From Okamejei kenojei (lineage: Eukaryota): a stretch of DNA of 64,000 nucleotides. The DNA lies in contig CM069157.1 of the NCBI GenBank assembly GCA_035221665.1, positions 25,358,001 to 25,422,000 of the forward strand. Direction: 5' to 3'. Position 1 is the first letter of the stretch; every line of letters starts with the position of its first letter. The notes below the pieces were generated by a model. That model was not told where the DNA came from. It did not search any database and saw nothing but the letters and a program-made list of their open reading frames with translations. Of this stretch, positions 24,274 to 35,197 are shown in pieces. The translations under genes were made by a program, and so were the position numbers.

Positions 24274-24321
24274 TGTTGTCAGAAGTGGGATTCAAACCCA
24301 CGCCTCCAATTGGAGACCAGA
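24274..24321 (-). pseudogene. tRNA-Leu(CAA-type) 3' half copy (extended PBS)
   Basis: Minus strand reads TCTGGTCTCCAATTGGAGGCGTGGGTTTGAATCCCACTTCTGACA-ACA: variable arm, T arm, acceptor 3' strand and near-CCA of vertebrate tRNA-Leu. Confidence 0.85.
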
Positions 24322-24467
24322 TTGTTCTGGTCATGATTACATAATGGTTTGATTACAAAAACTTCCTAATCCCATTCTCCTGCCTTCTTCCCATAATCTC
24401 TGACACCCGTAATAATCAAGAATTTATTCTTCAAAAAACCTTAGACGAACAATTGTGATCTCATCAG

Positions 24468-25305
24468 ATACAAAACATAAGGTGCTCGAGGAACTCATCA
24501 GGTCAGTTAGTATCTGTGGCGAGAATGGACAGGCGGCGTTTCAGGTTGGGACTCTTCTTCAGACTGATTATGTATTTTGTAAAAAAAGACACAAAGTGCT
24601 GGAGTAACCCAGCAGGTCAGGCAGCTTCTCTGGAGAATATGGAGAGGTGATGTATCTGGTCAAGACTCTTCTTCAGACATTGTGGGGGAGAGCAGGGGTG
24701 GGACAAGGCCTGGAAAGTGATGCAGTACACTTGAGGGGGGTTGGGGTTTGATTTGCAGATGGTTGGACAAAGGCCAGAGTTGAAAAGAGGCGTGAAATGT
24801 GAAGGCAGAGGAAGGAAAATAAGTAGAAGGGGATGGGGAGAAGGCGAAATGAAGAAACAACTGCAAATCCAGGTGGGGCATGGGGATGAGAATGGGGAAC
24901 AAAGGGAAGGGAAAAGTGGTATGTTTGTAGATTAGTTACCTAAAATTGGTGAATTCTATGTTCATACCATTAGGTTGTAAGCTATCCAAGCGGAATATAA
25001 GGTGCTGTTCCTCCAGTTTATGTGTAGCCTCAATCTGGCAAAGGAGTCAGCCCAGGACAGAGATGTCAGTATGGGAATGGGAATTAAAATAGTTAGCAAC
25101 TGGGAGATCTAGCAGGTCTTGTGGCAGGAGGTATGGAGATAAGTGTTTCATTTCCTGTGGTTGCAGGGGAAAGTTCATGCAGAGGGGTTGGTTCGAGTGG
25201 AAAGAGATGTTGTGGAGAAGCGGTCTCTGCAGAAGATTGAAAGGGGTGGGGATAGGAAGATATAACTGGTGGTAGGATTAGGTTGAAGGTGGTGAAAATG
25301 TCCGA
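24468..25305 (-). mobile_element. Degenerate Penelope element with tandem pLTR pieces
   Basis: Colinear with 46717-47480. Confidence 0.8.
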
Positions 25306-25339
25306 ACCATGTTTGTTTCACCGAATGCTTGCACTCAGT

Positions 25340-25645
25340 CCACCAAGTGTTGCTGGATCTCCCAGTTGCTAACCATTTTAATTCCCCTTTCCTTTCCCAT
25401 ATTGACCTCTTCTATCCTTATATCACTTCTTGCCTTTTCACCTCTGGCCTTTGACCAACCATCTATTAATTATCCCTCTCACCTGTATTCACCTATTACT
25501 CACCACATTTGTCCCATTCCCAGCTCTCTTCCAGCCTTCTGCTCCCACTACAATATGGCTGAAGAAGGGTCCCGATCAAAAATGTTGCCTATCCATGTTC
25601 TCCAGAGATGCTGCCGGACCAGCATCTGCAGTTCCTGGTGTCTAT
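25340..25645 (+). mobile_element. Penelope 3'/pLTR fragment, inverted relative to the previous feature
   Basis: GATCTCCCAGTTGCTAACCATTTTAATTCC is the reverse complement of 25081-25109; CTGAAGAAGGGTCCCGA. Confidence 0.75.
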
Positions 25646-26359
25646 ATGTCTTTTGCAATATCCGTAAAAACATGGGACAAATTCATGGTAAGGAGCTTCA
25701 TAATGCACTGTTATGCAAAATCCTGTAGAATCCACACTTTAAGAGTATGGATCGGCTTGAGTTGGCCTTGTATGCGCCTGAGTAGAGTAATGTACAAAGA
25801 TACTTTGTCACATGCCAAATCATAATTGCACCCTGAGTACAATGGAAAGGAATTGTCTTTCTCACAAATTGACAAAAGCAAAATCAATAATCTCCACACT
25901 GAAACAAATGCAACACGGCCCTGAATGGAAATTGGCCAGAGCTCGATTTGTGATACAACAATGCCAAGGTAATGAATGTACTGGTAAACTGCATTTACTT
26001 TCACCTTTGATTAGAATGTGCTCTTTGGAAGTTGGGGAAATGTTTCTCAGGAGATCACAGTAAAACTGCTGCAAAAACCAGACGTGCAAAAGACAAATGA
26101 ATTTACAGTATATTGTGTCAATCTGGCAGCACAGTCGCTGTTGAATACATATTTTCAACAAACAAACTCATCTACTCATCAGAAAAATTACATCTCAGTG
26201 TTTCTACAAAGAAGGGAGGGGGGTGTAGTGGGGGTGGAGTGGTTGATGGAGAGGCGAAAGCCAAAGCAGCAGTCTAATGAATGAGAAAGTTGAAGCAAAT
26301 TCAGTAGGCAAGACAGGCAGGGGCTGGACAGGGAGTCAGCATGGTCTGATGGACCAAAT

Positions 26360-27445
26360 TGTGTTCACTTTAATGCAAGAAGCTTCATAAGTAAGGTAGA
26401 TTAATTCATAACATGGAGCGGCACATGGAATTGAGCTATTATAGTGATCATGGAAACATGGCTGAGGGATGGGGTGGAATGGCAGCTCAATGTCCAGATG
26501 TCTCAATTTCCACATGATCAAAGTGGAGGTAAGAGAAGGGGAATTGCAACATTGACTCAGGATAAGAGTACGGCAGGACTCAAAGAGGACATAACAGGGA
26601 AAACATCCAATGATGCCATATGGGCAGAACTTAGAAAGAATGGAATATCAGTTTGATGGGATAATGGGATTATATTTTAACCGAGGTAGCAGGAAATAGC
26701 GGTGCAGATATGTAGGGAGATCAGAGAGATGTAGCAATAGAAGGGCTAAATAGACCAACACAGGAACAGGCCTTTTGACCCACTACGACAGTGCCGAATA
26801 TGATGCCAAGTCCAAATCTTATCTGCCTGCACATAATCCATATTCCACCATTCCCTGCATACTCGTGTGCTTATCCAAAAGTCTCTTAAATGCCTCTAAC
26901 ATCCTGGAAAAAAAAGGTTTAGATTGTCTACTCAATCTCTGTATCCTGTAATTCTACATACTTCCATCAGGCCTCTCCGTAACATCTGGCATTCCAGAGA
27001 AAACAATGTAAGTCTGTCCAACCTCTTCCTGTACTAATATTCCCTTATCCAGGTAACATAGTGATAAACCTCCTCTGTACCATTTCCAAAGCCTCCACAT
27101 CCTTCCTGCAATGGCATAACCAGAACTGCAGACAATACTGCAAATGCAGTTGAACCGACATCCTATAAAACTGCTTGAAGATTTCCTGACTCTTATGCTC
27201 AATGCCCTGACCAATGAAAGCAAGCATACCATATGTAAAAGTAGGTGATTTTAACCTCCTTAATTTTGACTGAGACCACTTTAGTACTAAACAACTATAT
27301 GAGGCAGAACTTGTTATGGGTGTTCAGGAAAGTCTTTCAAAACTATATGTATATGGCCCAACTCGAGAAGGTGTAAAACACAACTGCTTATCAGGAACTG
27401 AAGTTAGGAAAGTGCTTAATGTGTCAGCGAAGAAGCATTTTACAG
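26360..27445 (+). mobile_element. Old CR1 endonuclease region interrupted by antisense CR1 pieces (26750-27235)
   Basis: FNARS..ETWL..GG..AIWAEL and VGDFN motifs; antisense LAFIGQGIEHKS..LEMVQRRF. Confidence 0.7.
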
Positions 27446-28099
27446 CCAGACGTGCATATCTAAAATATTCTTAAATGCCATTGTCATATCTGGCTCCACC
27501 ACCACCCCCAGCAGCTCATTCTAGGTACCCACCGCTGTCTGTGTCAAAAAGATGCCCCGCACATCTTCTTTAAACATTTCCCCTTTCCCCTTAAAGCTAT
27601 GCCCTCTAGTGTTTGACACTTAAGAAACACCCATTATAACGTTATTATCCCATCATACTTTGATCATTTGAACATTCTCTCAATTTAATTATTATCATTT
27701 AAAAAATTTAAAAAAGTCCATAGAGTGGCTCTAAAATTTCTGAAATTGAAGTGTTTTTATAGAATGATGGAATTATCCTGTTCCAAATAACAATAACCTA
27801 AAAGATAATGTTGCTCATTAAACCACCATTAGATTTTAAGATATAGAATGATTTCAAGAAGTAGAAACTGGGTTTAATCTATGAAGGCAATAAAAGCAGT
27901 AATAATTTATGAAAAGTAGGTTTAAGATAATCCAAAACATATTAGCCTGCAAATTCCGTCAGATTGTATGATCATAATCTCCAAGCAATTGTTTGGAGTT
28001 AAAATTCAACTCTTGCCACCTCCTTACATGCTGCAGTGAACTTTGTCGCAGTCACCTATGCGCATATTGCTTCCATGCAAGGCCGCTGTGTGCACTGCA

Positions 28100-28460
28100 G
28101 TAAGTCCAACAAAGCATTAGCGAGCTGCTGTCGCTGTTGTAGTTGGTGGTCCCTCAGTGTCGAGAAAGCTTGCTTCAGAAATCATCCTGCAGGATTTGAC
28201 AAGGCTGGTAAGGCAGATGGGAGAACTACAGGCGTTGCCACAGATGGGACAGATGTGCTTTGCAGGGCAATTTGGGTGGGTTGTTAGAGCACAACATGGT
28301 GCATTTCTTCTCTCCATCCATACACTGGATGCCTGAGGTTGGGATGGGTGGTGCTGAAGTGGTGCTGGGCAACAAAGTTCCATCGTTTTCATTTGGTTCA
28401 CCGGATAAACCCCACTCCCGTGTGTGGCTTGTTGGAGGTGAGGCACTGTGAGGAAGATTG
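28100..28460 (-). mobile_element. Degenerate RTE-like LINE 3' end
   Basis: HICPICGNACSSPICLTS resembles the C-terminal Zn-finger of RTE ORFs. Confidence 0.5.
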
Positions 28461-28711
28461 GGGTGATGTCATGGCCTGACCTGACTGCAGTAGGCACTGA
28501 GGTTGTGTCTGTGGTGGATCTGTTGGTTGAAATCAAAGCTTGTAGGGCATCATGGGGTAGAGGCAGAATGGAGGCAAGATCTGAGCATAGCCAAGTTTGC
28601 AAAAGATTCTTCAGTCAAAGGTTTGTCAGGTCATAAACATTCAGTATAATGGTTGAACACTGCTCCCAACATTTTCCTGTGATGAGTGTCATTCCCTTTA
28701 AACATTTGACT

Positions 28712-29244
28712 TTTTAAATTATGGGTTAATAACGGCAAAAAAAAACGCATACTTACCTTTTGGAAAAATACATCTATACCAACGCTTAAAATGTGGATTT
28801 CAAACATGTTGGATACCACACATCTTGAGGAAATGCGATTCCTCCTAATAGACAAATCAGACCAATTCTTAACGAGTTGGTCTCCTTTTTTCGATTTTTT
28901 GGAAGCATATGGTGCAACAAAATCATAGAAGCTAACTGTTTCAGGATTGGGTGAGGGATGGTCAAGAATATAGATAACGATCTCCTTAATCTCTTACTTT
29001 CTACTCTTTCTCTTTCTTTCTTCTTTCTTCTTTTCAATTTTCTTCTTTCACACTTTTTTCCGTTTCACACACTATATATCACATGTTTCTCTATCTTTTA
29101 TTATCTATTCTCTCTTTTTCTTTTTGATTATTAAAAAAAAAATAATAAGTTGTGCATAAAATGTAATATGTCAATATATATTAGGCACCTTGGTGCCATA
29201 TTCCTGTACTTACTTCTACTAAAATAAAAAAATAAAAAAAATGA
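28712..29244 (+). mobile_element. 5'-truncated L1 (ORF2 C-terminus, 3'UTR, A-rich tail) with 12-bp TSD
   Basis: KKRILTFWKNTSIPTLKMW..WSPF homologous to the 35198 ORF end; AAACATTTGACT at 28700-28711 and 29245-29256. Confidence 0.9.
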
Positions 29245-29489
29245 AAACATTTGACTGTGTGACAATATTACAGGCAGTAGTTTTTCAAGAGTGTTAGTGC
29301 AGTGCTGGAGTGGTACTTTTTTTTGCTGCTGCTATTTCTTGTACATCTGTCAGGTAAAACTTAGGGATGGATGTTATGAGAAATGGCCAGATGCAATATG
29401 CAATGTCATAGTCCCCACCATTCAATTGCAAAATATTAAATTTGTTGTTGAAGATCCACGGTGCAACTGTTATCTCCCATTGACTATGA

Positions 29490-30120
29490 AGAAGCAAGTC
29501 ATTTGGCCAGCTAATGGAATGCTAGCCTTTAATGCAAGGGATAGAGAGTATAAATGTTCAGTGTTTTTGATGCATCTTTATGGGGAGCTGATGGGACCAC
29601 ACCTTGGTTATGGCTAGATGTAAGGATCTGCCGGCATTGGAGGCAGTACAGAGAGGTATCATGGGGTCATTCCAGGGACGTCGGGTTGAAGTGAGACTAA
29701 GCAAGCTGCACTGACACTACCAAAGTTTAGAAGGAGAGGTTACCTTATTTAGTGATGTAAGATCTAAAGGGAAATGGATTGGGTGGATGCTGAGAGAACC
29801 TCACCCCCATTTTGGGTGTACCAAGAACTGGTGAGTATGATTTCAGAAGAAGGGATCACCCATTTGAGGTAAGAATGAAGAAGAATTTATTCTCTTAAAG
29901 GTTGTAACTCTTTGGAATTCTGTACCCCAGATAGTGGTGGTGGAATCGAGAAAAATATTCCAGGAAAAGCTGCAAAATTGACGCTGCAAGGGAGTCAAGA
30001 TGAATGGAAAAGTGGCACTGAGGCCAAAATTGGATTGGTCATCATGACATAATAGAGTAGTAGGGCAGACCAGAGCGGCCAAATGGCCAATTCCTGCTCC
30101 CGTTGCTTATATTCTTGTGA
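29490..30120 (+). mobile_element. Old CR1 3' fragment
   Basis: ANGMLAF..LMGPHL; tail AAATGGCCAATTCCTGCTCC. Confidence 0.75.
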
Positions 30121-30299
30121 TCCCGAGGGATTGTCCAAGAAGTCTTGGTGGCTGCAACCCATGTGATAAGTTATAAATCTTCCTTGTAAAGGAATTTTTT
30201 GATTATTAATTTCTGTTAATTTATTTTTGATATGTGAAAACTATTTGTTCAAGCTCTGAAATACAGGTAACCGTGAGGGCCAAATGGATAACTTCTGTA

Positions 30300-30430
30300 G
30301 ATCTGAAGAAGGGTCCTGATCTAAAGCATCGTCTGTCCATTCCCTCCATAGATGCTGCCTGACCCGATGTTTGTCTAGTAGTTTGTTTATTGCTTTAACG
30401 CTCCAGAATCTGCAGTTCATTGTGTCTCCG
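30300..30430 (+). mobile_element. Penelope pLTR remnant
   Basis: CTGAAGAAGGGTCC..GATGCTGCCTGACC..ATCTGCAGTT. Confidence 0.7.
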
Positions 30431-31309
30431 GACTATTTCTGTTTCTTTTGCTCACGATAAAATTGGCCAAAATACCTATGGCGTTTCCACCATGACTGTG
30501 TTCCTCGTGTGGCTTTTAAAGTAATGGGCAGTTTCCGTGTTTAATTAAGGGCCTGGGTTTTGCCACACTTACACAGATAACATAATGCAGATCACACTTA
30601 TTATATTAGCCCAGCACAAACAGGCACCAATCAGTATGCATTTAAAAGCATGGAATTCATTCAAAGGTTCACTTTTAATTCTCTCTCATACTGCCTGCTC
30701 CACAGTTACATGTTCTTGATATTTTGAGACCAATGGTTGTAAAGTAACTTATCAGCTCCTGCAATAGAATACAGGACTGTTTACAGCAAGACCTTTGCGA
30801 GTACCTACTCATTTATCAATGTCACTGGACAAACGAGGGATGGCATCAATGGTGTGAAGGAATTTTTTGTTTTTGCTATCCTATTAATACATCACTCAAC
30901 TGGGAATAAAATATAAGTTTCCGCTAATGATTGGACCTTCAATCATTCAGCTTTGATCTCTTCTCTACAGACTTGCTAGCCCGCAATTGCTTACCAATAT
31001 TTCGCACTCAGTCCACATCTCTGACTATCGCCATTAATCTCATTTTACAAAAGGTGCAGGTGGCAACTCATTTTATACCTCTGCCAAATTTTATTTTCAT
31101 GCCGATTTCCTGTCAACTACCTTACTCTTTTGTACAAAATCAAATCTGATGTGTAAGACCAATCACTATATCATATTTGCATGTGGCTATTTCATTTAAG
31201 GTCACATATTATAAGTAGGAAAAACGTTTTACTCGACTGTCATTCTGTATGAGCCCCTCTGTGCTGTAACTGATATTCTGCAACTTATTTTTTTTAAGTA
31301 ATTGACTTG

Positions 31310-31605
31310 AAATTTGTGCAGTGTACGTAGAATTTGCAAATTCTCCTCGTGACTGTGCGAGTATTGGCTGAGTCCTCCAATTTCCTCCCAAATCCCAAAG
31401 ATTTAGCTGGAGAGTTAATTAACCGCAATAAATGATCCTTTGACATTGGTAAGTCGCGAAAGAATCAGGAAGAGTCGATAGGGGTGTGGAAGAGAGTAAG
31501 TTGCAGGATTACGTGGAAAAGGAGAGCCATTATTGGACCGAGAGGATTGCTGAACTGGGAACTGGCATGGAGTCAATGGAACAAATTGACTCCTTCTGTG
31601 GTTAT
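31310..31605 (+). mobile_element. Degenerate SINE body
   Basis: GAATTTGCAAATTCTCC..CTCCAATTTCCTCCCAAATCCCAAAGA, similar to 57755-57830. Confidence 0.55.
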
Positions 31606-31849
31606 CTGATAAATGCTGTCAGCAAGCCTAGGCTTTGGAAGTTTTGCACACACACACACTTCTGACATGATGTAGATGAAGATAACACTGACTTAAAGAA
31701 CACAGGTGATGATGTATCTGGGATGATGGACCTCCAACACCCATGATCATTGTCCTACATAAGAGGAAGCTCTCCAACCATCAGAGTGCTTTCCACTTCT
31801 CATCCATTTATTTCATTTTGTCTAGAGCTCCTTAAAGCCAGACTTTGTG

Positions 31850-31962
31850 TTAATCAATTCAATCAATTCAATCTTTAATTGTCATTGTGCAGTGTACAGT
31901 ACAGAGACAACAAAATGCAGTTAGCATCTCACCCAGAAGAGCAAACATAGAATAATGGACAG

Positions 31963-32003
<41 letters not shown>

Positions 32004-33242
32004 AACAGTATCAGTAGTGCAATTTTACTGGGGGAAGGAGTGTCCGGCGGGGGGGTGGGGGTGACTGGTAATCACAGACGTGCAGAGTTAAGTAGTGTAA
32101 CAGCCGCAGGGAAGAAGCTGTTCCTGAACCTGCTGGTCCGGCAACGGAGAGACCTGTAGTGCCTCCCAGATGGGAGGAGGGTAAACAGTCTGTGGTTGGG
32201 GTGAGAGCAATCCTTGACGATGTTGCGCGCCCTTCGCAGACATCGCTTGCTTTGGACGGAATGGAGGGGAGTGAGGAACCGGCGATGCGTTGGGCGGTTT
32301 TCACCGCCCTCTGCAGTGCTTTCCGGTTGGAGACAGAGCAGTTGCCATACCATACTGTGATATAGTTGGTAAGGATGTTCTCGATGGTGCAGCAGTAGAA
32401 GTTCACCAGAATCTGAGGAGACAGATGGACCTTCTTTAGTCTCCTTAGGAAGAAGAGATGCTGGTGAGTCTTCTTGACCAGTGTTGAGGTATCGTGGGTC
32501 CGAGAGAGGTCATCAGAGATGTTGACCCCCAGAAACCTGAAGCTGGAAACACGCTCCACCTCCGTCCCGTTAATATGGATAGGGGTGTGCGTGCAGCCCC
32601 GAGACCTTCTGTAGTCCACAATGTGCTCCTTGGTCTTCTTGGAGTTAAGGGCCAGGTTGTTGTCAGCGCACCATGCTACTAGGAGCTGAACCTCCTCCCT
32701 ATAGGCTGACTCATCGTTGTCGCTGATGAGGCCAATCACCGTTGTATCATCTGCATACTTGATGATGGTTGTAGAACCTTGTACAGGTGTGCAGTCGCAG
32801 GTGAAAAGGGAGTAGAGGAGGGGGCTCAGTACACAGCCCTGTGGAACGCTGGTGTTCAGGGTGAGGGTTGAAGAGGTGTGGTTGTCCAACCTAACAGACT
32901 GGGGTCTGTTAGTTAGAAAGTCCAGTAACCAGTTGCAGAGGGAGGGGTTGATGCCCAGGTCGCTGAGTTTGGTGATCAGTTTTGAGGGGATAATGGTGTT
33001 AAATGCTGAACTATAGTCGATGAACAGCATTCTTACGTAGGTGACTCTGTTGTCGAGGTTGGAGATGGCGGCGTGGAATGTCGTTGAGATGGCATCCTCC
33101 GTACTCCTGTTCTAACGGTAGGCAAACTGATAGGGGTCCAGTGTGGGAGGTAGGCAGCCTTTGAGGTGTGCCAGGACCAGCCTCTCGAAGCATTTGGTGA
33201 TGATGGGAGTAAGTGCAACTGAGCGGAAGTCGTTGAGGCTCG
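31850..33242 (-). mobile_element. Rex1/Babar-type LINE, 5'-truncated, RT largely intact
   Basis: [35 protein letters not shown]; (ATTGA)-type tail; (TA)n at 31965-31998. Confidence 0.88.
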
Positions 33243-33444
33243 TCAAGAGTGGTCATTCTCACCTCACCTCCAGATTTCCATGCTTGCACCATGATTGTGA
33301 TAAGGTCTGATGCCCAGTGGTCCTGGAGAAATGAGCCCATCATTAGTGAGAGAGTTATTGATGAGTAAGTACCATTCCATCATTTTGCTGATGTGTTTTT
33401 AACACACGCCAGTCCTCGGAATGAAGCTTATAGACCAGGAAAGT

Positions 33445-33670
33445 TTAGTTTAATTGTAGTTTAGAGATACAGCGCAGAAACAGGTCCTTGGGCCCACTGA
33501 GTCGCCGTCCACCAGCGATTCCCGCATATTAACACTATCTAACACACACAAGGGACAATTTACAATTTCTACCAAGCCAATTAACCTACAAACCTGTATG
33601 TCTTTGGAGTGTGGGTGGAACTCGGAGCACCTGGAGAAAACCCATGCAGGGGAGAACATACAAACTCCTG
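33445..33670 (-). mobile_element. SINE (body and CR1-like tail, head missing)
   Basis: Minus strand: TTTGTATGTTCTCC..CACACTCCAAAGAC..CCTGTTTCTGCGCTGTATCTCTAAAC. Confidence 0.8.
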
Positions 33671-34107
33671 TACCCAAATGTTATAAAATGACAGATCTCA
33701 TGCCCACTAGTGCTGTACCCCAGAACTATGCAGAAGCAAACCTCTATTCATCAGTACTATCACTGTTGTATAATGACAGATTGTTATCCCATCTTCACAA
33801 TACAAGTGCGTTTGACGATGGAAATGGTTCTGGATCTGTTTTTGGGTCCAGAAGTGGGATCAGGTCCAAAACAATCTAATGTAGCTGGTTCTTGGACCAT
33901 TAGTCCATGGGTCCTCAGTCTCAGGCTTCGATCCCTATTGCCAAGCCTAGACTCATCATGAATCCAGCCTAGTCCTTGTCACGCCCAAAGTGGTCCCTGG
34001 CTATCTGGTCCTGGTCACTATCAGTTTGGCACTCAGTGTTGGAGTCAGATACTTACCTCCAAGTCTCCACTGGTCACCATGTAATGAAGGCCATCAGGGT
34101 AAACTGG

Positions 34108-34911
34108 GTGTGTAGAAAGGAACTACAGATGCTGTTTTTATTACCCTAAGATAGTCAGGCAGCATCTCTGGAGACTCAGTGGGTCAAGCAGCATCTCTGG
34201 AGAAACAGGATGGGTAACGTTTTGGGTTGGAACCCTTCTTCAATCTTCTTCAGTTTGGGGAATTTGTCCCTTCCCACCCAAACCACCTCCTCCCCTGGTA
34301 CCTTCCCTTGCAACCACAGGAAATGCTACACTTGTTGTTTTACCTCCCCTCTCGACTCCATCCAAGGACCCAAGCAGTCTTTTCAGGCGAGGCAGAGGTT
34401 CGCCTGCACCTCCTCCAACCTCATCTATTGCATCTGCTGCTCTAGGTGTCAACTGCTCTACATCGGTGAGACCAAGCACAGGCTTGGCGATCGCTTCGCC
34501 CAATACCTCCGCACAGTCCACATTAACCAACCCAATCTCCCGGTGGCTCAACACTTCAACTCCCCCTCCCATTCCGTATCCGACCTTTCTGTCCTGGGCC
34601 TCCTCCATGGCCAGAGTGAGGCCCACCGCAAATGGAGGAGCAGCACCTCATATTTCGCTTGGGTACACCCCAGCGGTATGAACATTGACCTCCAATTTCA
34701 GGTAGTCCTTGCTTTCTCCCTTCTTCCCCGCCCCTTCGCAGTTCTCCCATAGCCTACCATCTCCGCCTCTTCCTTTCTTCTTCCTGCCCCACCCCCACAT
34801 CAAAAGAAGGGTCTCGACCCAAAACGGCACCTATTCCTTCGCTCCATTGATGCCGTCTCACTCACTGAGTTTCTCCAGCAATTTTGTCTACCTTCAATTT
34901 TTCCAGCATCT
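34108..34911 (+). mobile_element. Penelope-like element: inverted pLTR piece (34108-34245), GIY-YIG endonuclease remnant, pLTR (continues at 41309-41385)
   Basis: PGTFPCNHRKCYTC..NLIYCICCSRCQLLYIGETKHRLGDRF..PVAQHFN. Confidence 0.9.
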
Positions 34912-35197
34912 TTTTTTGTTAAATATTTTTATTAGAAGTAAGTACATATTAAAAGAAGAATATACATGTCACATACATTCTTAATATTATTAATATTAAC
35001 AATTATATCTTATTTGTACTTCTATGCATTTTTTTATTTTTAATACAGGTAGGAAATAATAGAGAAAAATAAAGTAAAAATAGAAAATTAAAAAGATGAA
35101 TGAAGTGTTAAGCAGGTTATACATCATTGGAGATATATCTATGGTTTATTATATGTGATTCTTTGTCTATTCTTTCATTCAGGCTTCAGTCAGGTTC

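Larger units (their letters stand above)
23940..24425 (-). mobile_element. CR1 3' tail split by the LTR insertion at 24021-24361
   Basis: GGCCATTTGGCCCATCAAG..GCTGATCTATC | CCTAATCCCATTCTCCTGCCTT. Confidence 0.7.

Noticed and set aside
24274-24321. Functional tRNA-Leu gene
   Set aside because: Only the 3' half is present; no D arm or A-box
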